From Octopus bimaculoides (Eukaryota), in the NCBI RefSeq assembly GCF_001194135.2, contig NC_069005.1:26270246-26324627 (forward strand): DNA of 54,382 nt, read 5' to 3'. The notes beneath the pieces were generated by a model. That model saw nothing but the letters and a program-made list of their open reading frames with translations, did no database searches and was not told where the DNA came from. Both the position numbers and the translations under genes were made by a program. Of this stretch, positions 25,405 to 34,622 are shown one piece after another (position 1 is the stretch's first letter; each line of letters begins with the position of its first letter).

Positions 25405-26639
25405 GTAATGATAATGATAATAGAGGTCTCATCAAAAATATAGTTTAAAATGTATAAATAAAAAATTAAAATAAACCAATCCAATCTCTGAAATGAAGGT
25501 AATAATTTGTAGAAAAAGAAAGGAAAATCTCATAAAATATAAAGAAAACATAAAATCGAAAAACATAAAATGAAAATAGAAACTACTTGCCAGAAATAAT
25601 TTAAAAGGAATTTATATAAAATATGAAAATAAAAAAAAAAGGAACCAAAAAGAATTTCGAAATTGAAACGAATGGTTGCCACAGCGGTAAAAAGTTGACG
25701 TACAATAATTCTGATTCTCATTTGGCTATAAATAAGTATATTCAATACATTATTTAGTCCACGTTAGATGAACTCATATCGAGATTTATCGATTTCCGGA
25801 AGTGAGAAATGAGAAGTGAAAATATCTGAAGGGGATGGGAAGAAGTAATAAGTGTAATGGCGATTTGAGAATAGCAAAGCAAAGAAATTTGTTTGAATGA
25901 GATTATAAATGAAATCTAACTCCATAAAATGAAATCTTAACAAATTCTATAAAAGCAGCCTCAATCGCCACCAACCGCCATCACCATCGACTTTTTATGT
26001 ATATTTTTATTTTAAAGCAGTGTAATTTCAGTCAGTCAAGTAATTTAGCTAAAATTTCATTCAACTAGTGTGGATAGCTGTTGTCGTCTGCTTGTTCCAA
26101 AGAGATTCAAAATGGCGACCAATCTACAAATGTCAAACTGGCGAAAGTTTTGCGCGAGTGAAAAGTGAACTGTATACTACGGAAAAATGAAGCGGAATAG
26201 AATATGAAACGCTATGTTCCAGTTGAAAGGAATGCTTTCAAAACTGTTTTCAAGTCTGTATGTTTTATATGCACACATATACTCGGGCACACTTAAACAT
26301 ATACATGTATTAGGATGCGCATACAAATATATATATACACACACACAGACCCAGTCGCATCTAAATTCACTTACACACTTACACAACTACAGACATAAAC
26401 ACACATATACCCATGTATGTGTACATATACATATTGCAAAAGCAACGAAAATTTTGCAAGAAAAAATATAAATAATAAATGAGTGGAAACTGAACCGGTG
26501 CGTGTGACACATATTAAGGTATTATGAGAGTATAATTCTCCCCAGGCACTACAAAATTTGCTTCAATACACGAATTCACATAAAGAATCTTGCAAGCCAG
26601 ATACAAAAACGAAGTATATATATATATATATATATTTTA

Positions 26640-26905
26640 AGCATGTAAACTAGAGTCAGGTTCTTTCCTTGGCTCGTGTTTACACGCTAATCCGGCACTC
26701 TGCTGACGAAAGCTCCCGAGTTAGATATATTTTTATCTTGCTAAATAGCTTGAAACCATGGTACAGAGTATAGACTGGTAAAAATGTTTTTATTTTTCAT
26801 TCTCTTTCGAAATTATCCCTATTTTTGTGGGATAGAGTTTTTTGCTGCTCTTTCTAGCGGGTTAGATGTCCTATTATAGGCATCTCTATATTTTAAATGA
26901 ATTAT
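26640..26905 (+). mobile_element. (TA)n-flanked Penelope pLTR-like fragment carrying a hammerhead
   Basis: About 265 nt of unique sequence bounded by (TA)n on both sides, containing the 26697-26769 ribozyme motif. Confidence 0.6.
26697..26769 (+). ncRNA. Minimal type I hammerhead ribozyme motif (best-preserved copy)
   Basis: Stem I ACTCTG/CAGAGT perfect, CTGACGA 26703-26709, stem II AAGCT/AGCTT perfect with inner AGATA/TATCT, GAAA 26752-26755, palindromic stem III ACCATGGT, GUA triplet ending at 26763. Confidence 0.88.
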
Positions 26906-26940
26906 ATATATATACATATATATATATATATAAATATATA

Positions 26941-27347
26941 GTGGACATATGTCTAGAAGACCCAAAGAGTGGCAGGTATTGCTAAATAAGTGCTAAGGAC
27001 AGACCATAGTTAAACTCTCGGTCCGATAGTGATACGAGTGAGGACTTTAATATGGGTCTTGTATTAGCAAGACCCATTTTGTCTAATATATATCTGTAGG
27101 AAGAGCCATTTTAACGATGCGTCTGCCCTAACTCTTCGAAACGCCCGTGTTAGAATGGTGGCAGCTGATGAAGGAAAATGTTCTCTATGTGGCCTGTGTG
27201 TTTTCTATACTCTGGTTATTATTATTTTTTTTGTCTACGTTTTGTTTGCAACGTCCTGTACCCAGATATGAACCTATATATACAGGTAGATGTAGGTATG
27301 CACATACTTGTACGTATATATGCATATACTCATTTATTATTTGTTTT
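26941..27347. mobile_element. Unclassified (TA)n-flanked interspersed repeat
   Basis: Bounded by (TA)n. Its terminal ~36 nt (27311-27347) recur with 1 mismatch at 18373-18410, also abutting (TA)n. Confidence 0.5.
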
Positions 27348-27514
27348 ATATATATATATATATATATATTGAGTACTAGCACAGTTTGGACTATCTGGTG
27401 TCATCCGCAGTTGGGGTGTATTTCTGGTGGATCTCCTTCAGGAATTCCGCATTGTTAGATGAGATAATACTTGATCAAGTAGCCAGAAGATGGATTTGGT
27501 ATTACTCTTAGGAA

Positions 27515-27710
27515 GATTCGGCGTGACACAGAGTGCAACATGGCTGGCACTTTGAGAAAGAGGTACTGCTCATTATTACCAGCTGAGTGGACTGGAGCAT
27601 CGTGAAATAAAGTCTTTTACTCAAGGACACAATGCACCGTCGGGAATCGAACTCACAGCCTTGCGATGATTGTGAGCTGAATGCCCCTAACCACTAAACC
27701 ATGAGCCTTC
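27515..27710 (-). mobile_element. tRNA-derived SINE (head H2 + tail T1)
   Basis: A-box TGGTTTAGTGG, B-box GAGTTCGATTCCC, then GCTCCAGTCCACTCAGCTG and T1 sequence. Confidence 0.8.
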
Positions 27711-27940
27711 ACATCTCGCTAAACATCACTATAAGAACACGCAGACACCTCAGTAACATGTTTTTATCTCAATCAGCCTGTATTAGGAATTATTTTATGA
27801 TAAGATTGTTAAACTAAAAGAGCGAAACTTAACAATTTAATATGTAATATATACACAATTACATACAGACACAAACAGCAAGAGAATACAAAAGAATATA
27901 AAAAATACTAATATACTATTATTATTATTACTACTATTAC

Positions 27941-27976
<36 letters not shown>

Positions 27977-28308
27977 CATTATTATCATCATTATTATTAT
28001 TATTATTTATTTATTTATTTTTTATTATTATTAACATCAATATATAACTCCAGACTATATTTTGAATATATGATTCGAAAATATGGAAGAAATCAAAGAA
28101 AAGAAGATTTAAAGAGAAATCGGACAAAAATTTAATGGAATCCGAAATGAAATTTAAGAAATTTAAAGAAACAATTTTAGTTAAAATAATTATCACATTT
28201 TTTTCACATACATACATACATACACAAACACGCATGCACACACACACTTTTATGCATTACAGCCGAAGGACTTGACCAAGCTGGTGCACCTTACACACAC
28301 ACACAAAC

Positions 28309-28339
<31 letters not shown>

Positions 28340-28344
28340 GAACT

Positions 28345-28460
28345 CGAAAGGACAAAAGGCAAAGTTGACCTCGGCGGAATTCGAACTCAGAACGTAAAGA
28401 CAGATGAAATACCGCTATGAATTTCGCCCGGCGTGCTAACGTTTCTGCCAGCTCACCGCC
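28345..28460 (-). mobile_element. Family A SINE 5' half
   Basis: Reverse complement of the head and B-box region of 12335-12440. Confidence 0.85.
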
Positions 28461-29105
28461 TTATGATCGAATAAATAATAAAATTATTAAGTTATAAGCA
28501 AGATCCATTTACAGTTCCAAAGGAGAATGTTTGATGATAAAGCGACTCATTACGTTCCCAGTTCAAATACTGCAGAGCCCGAGAAAATGATAACCAGTTG
28601 AGCAGTGAGGTCGATGTAATTGATTTCCCCCTCCCCTCAGAACTGTTGGACTTCTGCCAAAATTTGAAGCTATTATACATAGCTACCTGTGTATAATGGG
28701 CTCAAGTGTGACACGCAGTCGGACTGAACTCAAAAGAATGTGATTGCGAAGCTAACGTCTTAACAATACAGACTTGCAATTACATTTGTGTGTGCGCGCG
28801 CATGCGTAAGTGTATGTATGTATGTATGTATGTATGTATGTATGTATGTATGTATGTATGCCAATGTGTTTCAGTATGTATATATTAGACATACTGCTTC
28901 TCTTCTCCCACTCACTCGCTCTCCCTCACCAACCCACCTCTCCCTCTTCCTCTGTCTTTCTCCCCCTCTCTCCTTCTCTCTCTCCCTCTCTCACCCTCCG
29001 TCTCTCCCTCTCTCTTCCTCTGTCTTTCTCCCTCTCTCTTTATTATTTTTTTCTGATTTGAAAAAAACTTCACATTCTTATAAATAAATAAATTTAAGAT
29101 TAAAA

Positions 29106-29160
29106 TTCAATATTACACTGATGAGATCAATTAAGGTCGAAATAGCTATACGTGATTGGA
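29106..29160 (+). ncRNA. Minimal type I hammerhead ribozyme motif (stem I degraded)
   Basis: CTGATGA 29118-29124, stem II GATC/GGTC with AATTAA loop, GAAA 29139-29142, palindromic stem III ATAGCTAT, AUA triplet ending at 29150. Stem I pairs only with an A.C mismatch and a 2-nt bulge. Confidence 0.7.
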
Positions 29161-29673
29161 ATATGACGATAACTATTACTCTGGAATAAATACAAAATAG
29201 ATTAAGTCCCCTACAAACGAATAATGGATACAACCATCAAAGAGACGTCTGTATATGAATGTGTGAATGTGTGTATGCGCGCGCGCGTGTGCGTGCGTGT
29301 GTATGTGCATGCATGTGTTTGAGTGTGTACTTTCATGTAATTGTGTGTGTATGTGAGTGTGTGTGTGTGAGAGAGCGAGAGAGAGAGAGAGAGCGTGTTT
29401 GTATAGATATATATGTATATATTTATATATAATAAAAGGGTAAAATCAATAATGATTTTACCAGGTAATGCGGAAATAAAAACCTCCTAGGTAAATTTTA
29501 TAAAATATTTTATAATTATTTTCATAATTATAACAAGGGATCGGTTTTACGCCTCACCATGCACTGCAAGAAATAGAAGCTAAAAGCCACTATAACTACC
29601 TTAAAATCTCCGAGAACAACACACTATACTGCAGGCAAGCAAAAGAAAAATAATGAATCAACGAGGCTGGTTA

Positions 29674-29746
29674 ACTGTGTATACGATCAAATTTCAAACT
29701 TAAAGTAAAAATGAAATATTTTACTTACTGCTTTCATCAGCACAGT
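29674..29746 (-). ncRNA. Type I hammerhead ribozyme motif, minus-strand arm of inverted repeat
   Basis: Minus strand reads ACTGTG-CTGATGA-AAGC...GTTT-GAAA-TTTGATCGTATA-CACAGT. Stem I perfect; AUA triplet with N17 at 29680. Confidence 0.72.
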
Positions 29747-29846
29747 ACTCCATAAGATAAATTCATGAGTATCGCAAAATATACACAAACGATCAAGCGA
29801 CATCGTATGCATATTTTGAGATACTCGTGAATTTATCTCATGGAGT

Positions 29847-29919
29847 ACTGTGCTGATGAAAGCAGGAGGTAAAATATTTCATTTTTACTTTAAGTTTGAA
29901 ATTCGATTGTGTACACAGT
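29847..29919 (+). ncRNA. Type I hammerhead ribozyme motif, plus-strand arm of inverted repeat
   Basis: ACTGTG-CTGATGA(29853-29859)-AAGC...GTTT-GAAA(29898-29901)-TTCGATTGTGTA-CACAGT. Stem I perfect; GUA triplet ending at 29913; stem III imperfect. Confidence 0.72.
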
Positions 29920-30013
29920 TAACCAGCCTTGTTGATTCTTTATTTTTCCTTTGCTTGCCTGCAGTATAGTGTATATAAGTTTGACGCTCGGAAAGAATAA
30001 AGGAATCTTTGAC

Positions 30014-30248
30014 GCACCTTGGAAAGTCTCTTCTAGTAGAGCCTCTTTGGTAGACGGAAACTGAAAGAAGCTTGACATATATATATATGTGTGCGTGTGT
30101 GTGTATGTATGTATATGTATATATATATATATATATATATCTGTGTGTGTGTCTTTGTGTCTGTGTTTGTCCCCCACCAACACTTGACAATCGGTACTGG
30201 TGTGTTAACGTCCCCGTAAATTAGAGGTTCAGCAAAAGAGACCGATAC
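30014..30248 (+). mobile_element. Family B SINE, internal portion
   Basis: 30046-30071 is the exact reverse complement of 30634-30659. Confidence 0.85.
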
Positions 30249-30385
30249 GCGACTCGCCCGTGAGACTCAAATGGCCGGAAGTACATAACGGAGTTATGTG
30301 CCTCGGGCCATTTGAGTTATGCACTTTATAATGGTCACTTTGTGGCCGGCCATAACAAACAACATTCGAAATATACATATATATA

Positions 30386-30783
30386 TTCTCTTTTACTCTT
30401 TTACTTGTTTCAGTCATTTGACTGTGGCCATGCTGGAGCACCGCCTTTAGTCGAGCAAATCAACGCCAGGACTTATTCTTTGTAAGCCTAGTACTTATTC
30501 TATCGATCTCTTTTGCCGAACCGCTATGTTACGGGGACGTAAACACACCAGCATCGGTTGTCAAGCGATGTTGGGGGGACAGACACAAACACATACACAC
30601 ACATACATATATATATATACATATATACGACGGGCTTCTTTCAGTTTCCGTCTACCAAATCCACTCACAAGGCTTTGGTCGGCCTGAGGCTATGGTAGAA
30701 GACACTTACCCAAGGTGCCACGCAGTGGGACTGAGCCCGGAACCATGTGGTTGGTAAGCAAGCTACTTACCACACAGCCACTC
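30386..30783 (-). mobile_element. tRNA-derived SINE family B, full length, with internal microsatellite
   Basis: Head GAGTGGCTGTGTGGTAAGTAG (A-box), GGCTCAGTCCC (B-box-like), CCTTGGGTAAGTGTCTTCTAC, internal (TA)/(TG) tract, and 3' tail GACTGAAACAAGTAAAAGAGTAAAAGAG. Confidence 0.92.
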
Positions 30784-32220
30784 ATATATATATATATACC
30801 ACAAAAGCACGGACATACAAAATTGCATATATAACTATATAACTTGGGATGGTCACGAGTGCGAGGTGTTTGATCATAGAGTCAGCTCGATTAGACCGCC
30901 GTGGGAAGGGGACTAAATGCCTACACTGTGTCGTCTGCCACAAACACCTTTACGACGACGACCACCACCACCACCACCATCATCATCGTCGTCGTGTCCA
31001 TTGTCGTCTGCATCGTCGTCTGCATCGTCGTCTCCATCGTCGTCGTCGTCGTCTTTGCCATTTGCAATATATATCTTCATCTGTTATCCAAGATATTACA
31101 CGTAGCTGTCACATCTTCATCTCATCTTCAATCCATTTATTGCCCATCTCAGTCACGTCTGTTTATGCTAATTTCTTATCAACCGACATCATCTATCTAC
31201 TCTTAGTCACACTACAACAGCTTTTCGCTAAGCTTGCAAATACATGCACAAAGTACATACACACATACATACATACATACATACATACATACATACATAC
31301 ATGCAAACATACATACATACATACATACATACATGCAAACATACATACATGCATGCAAAAATACATACATACATTCATACACATGCACACACACACACAC
31401 ACACCCGTACATACATACATACNNNNNNNNNNNNNNNNNNNNNNNNNNNNNNNNNNNNNNNNNNNNNNNNNNNNNNNNNNNNNNNNNNNNNNNNNNNNNN
31501 NNNNNNNNNNNNNNNNNNNNNNNNNNNNNNNNNNNNNNNNNNNNNNNNNNNNNNNNNNNNNNNNNNNNNNNNNNNNNNNNNNNNNNNNNNNNNNNNNNNN
31601 NNNNNNNNNNNNNNNNNNNNNNNNNNNNNNNNNNNNNNNNNNNNNNNNNNNNNNNNNNNNNNNNNNNNNNNNNNNNNNNNNNNNNNNNNNNNNNNNNNNN
31701 NNNNNNNNNNNNNNNNNNNNNNNNNNNNNNNNNNNNNNNNNNNNNNNNNNNNNNNNNNNNNNNNNNNNNNNNNNNNNNNNNNNNNNNNNNNNNNNNNNNN
31801 NNNNNNNNNNNNNNNNNNNNNNNNNNNNNNNNNNNNNNNNNNNNNNNNNNNNNNNNNNNNNNNNNNNNNNNNNNNNNNNNNNNNNNNNNNNNNNNNNNNN
31901 NNNNNNNNNNNNNNNNNNNNNNNNNNNNNNNNNNNNNNNNNNNNNNNNNNNNNNNNNNNNNNNNNNNNNNNNNNNNNNNNNNNNNNNNNNNNNNNNNNNN
32001 NNNNNNNNNNNNNNNNNNNNNNNNNNNNNNNNNNNNNNNNNNNNNNNNNNNNNNNNNNNNNNNNNNNNNNNNNNNNNNNNNNNTTTCTTTCTTTCTTTCT
32101 TTTTTTCATTCTTTCTTTCTTTTTTTCATTCTTTCTTTCTTTCTGTTTGTACGTGTGCGGTTACTTCATGTCTGCCTATTCATATAAACACACCCACAAA
32201 CGCACACACGTATGTGTGTC

Positions 32221-32276
<56 letters not shown>

Positions 32277-32570
32277 CGTGTGTAATCGTGTATTCATCAA
32301 TCTATCAGCTGAATCTACACATCTCTCTCTTCTTACACAGTTTTATACTTTTTCTTTAAAATTCTTCCATACTTATTATTATACATTCTTTCAATGTTTT
32401 TCTACACATTTTTTTTTACGTTTTCTTTCGCCATTCTTCATTTTTAACATTTCAAAATCTAAACAATTCCTTCATTTTCATTTCTTTCTTTCTTTCTTTC
32501 TTTCTTTTCTGTTCTTTTTTCTTTATATGCATGTGGATATGTACATAAACGCATCGATCTGACGACACTA

Positions 32571-32612
<42 letters not shown>

Positions 32613-34023
32613 TAAAAGTATATTTATGTGCATGTCTGCATGAATATATGTATGTACGCATGTAGGTGTGTGTGTGTTTGTGTGTGTGTGTTTGTGTGTG
32701 TGTTTGTGTGTGTGTTTGTGTGTGTGTGTTTGTGTGTGTGTGTTTGTGTTTGTGTGTGTGCCTGTGTGTGTCAAAATGGCTGCATGGATGACGAGAAATC
32801 TAACAAAACTTATTGCAGTGAGCGCCAAAAGCAATTGAACATTCTCTGGCACTTCCATTGCAGCAGCACACCGCCCCCTGGAGGGATCAATATTGTCTAA
32901 AAGGATCGAAATTGTTGTGATCACCAGCCGGAAGCTGATGGTCCCGTAATGCAAGCTTCATGTAAAATGCAATATAATATAATATAATATAATATAATAT
33001 AATATAATATAATATAATATACAATGATGGCGGTTTCTTCTTGTCCGACAACCATGAAGAAGAGCGGCACGCCTTCAAGTGGCTATGCAAGCCAATTCTT
33101 AACGCTGCGGGGCCTCTCTTCCTGCTCGAGCTTAGTAAAGATGTAATCGACTTATCCCCTCTCCCAGCCCCACCTTGATGGCTTTGTGTCAAAGTTTGAA
33201 ACCAATATTTTCAGGCAAAAAAATGTTATTCTGTGCGATGTTACGTACGTCACACGTTTTGGCTCCTCTTCATGCATTTCATTCGATGGGTGAATCCTGG
33301 ATTGGCTTCACAGGATTATAGATATTTTACCGATCGAACATCGGAGACAGTTACAATAAATACGGCAGCAGAAACGTGCGTCGGACACATTGAAATCAAA
33401 TGTGCTGAATGATTGAACTGTGAAAATGAAAAATATGAAGATGTACTCAATCTCCCTATTCATTGTAATTGTCTTACACACAAGCACACACAAATATACA
33501 TACATACATACATACATACATACATACATACATANNNNNNNNNNATATATATATATATATATATGTATGAAAGTATATATGTATGTGTATATATATATAT
33601 AATATATATGTATGTATTTATATTTGTATGAATGTGTCTGTGCCTACGTGTGTGTGTCTGTATAGATATAGATATATACATACATGCAGTCATACAGACG
33701 GACGGACGGACAGATAGACATAATTTATATTTTCTAAAGAGATGAGTCACCGCTGTCAATGCAAATTTGCAATTTCTCATGAAAACTTCGATTAGTTTTT
33801 TGACACATTTCACGTGTTATCCAGCCTGTCACTTCAATGATGTACTTTAAAACCTGAAGTGTTTTGCGTTTTCTGTTGGGTTTTCTGCCAATCAGCCGCA
33901 CAATTTCTAATTCTATGCATTCCTCTTAATTCTAAGATATTTTGAATTCTTCGCAATACCTATGAACAAAGAAGAAATTAAACAAAATATTAAATATTAG
34001 TTTTGCTTTTTGTTGTCTTTTAT

Positions 34024-34200
34024 TTTTTACTCGTTTCACCTATTGGACTGCGGCCATGTTGGGGCGCCGCACTGATAGGTTCAGTCGAGCAAATCGACTC
34101 CAGTATATATGAATTTTTTTTTTAAGTCTGGTACTCTGTCGTTTTCCTTTTACTGAATCGCTAGGTTACGGGAACTTGAACACACCAACATCCGTGACAA
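34024..34200 (-). mobile_element. Family B SINE 3' half, diverged
   Basis: GGACTGCGGCCATGTTGGGGCG...AGTCGAGCAAATCGAC. Confidence 0.7.
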
Positions 34201-34622
34201 ACGCAAATACGATACACACACACACATACATACATACATACATACGTACATACATACATACATACATACATACATACATACATACATACATACGTACATA
34301 CACAATGGCGCCGTCAACATCAGTCGTGCAGGTATAGAGGACCGTTTAAAAAGTCCGTTTTGAACGCCTTCCTCTAGAAATATGCCGACTTCTCCAGCCT
34401 AAATTGGTAACTGGTTTATTTCTCCAATAATTAATAAGAGAAACACCTTTTGCTCAACAACGTAGCGTTACCTTGAACAGATTTTAAAATATACATCTAC
34501 ACCACGTGGAATCTCGCTAAACCGATTGCGCTAGCCACCATTTTATCTTCTTTTATTCTATTCAAGTTTTTTGGTTTTTTAAAAATCTTTTACGCATCTT
34601 TATTTTTTTGAATACCCTTGTG

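Larger units (their letters stand above)
29621..29972. repeat. Long inverted repeat: 162-bp arms (29621-29782 / 29811-29972), 28-nt spacer; probable inverted Penelope pLTR pair
   Basis: Manual alignment gives 11 mismatches in about 162 nt, no indels. The spacer contains a further ACGAT/ATCGT stem. Each arm carries a hammerhead motif. Confidence 0.92.

Noticed and set aside
26109-26170. AAAATGGCG (YY1-like motif or start codon), and AAGATGGCG at 49114
   Set aside because: Each is followed by a stop within 20 codons, with no convincing exon or promoter context; short motifs arise by chance.
27138-27171. GAAAC followed by CTGATGA, as a possible type II hammerhead
   Set aside because: No adequate stem II or stem III with an NUH triplet could be built; the region folds better as CTGCC/GGCAG and CTAAC/GTTAG stems.
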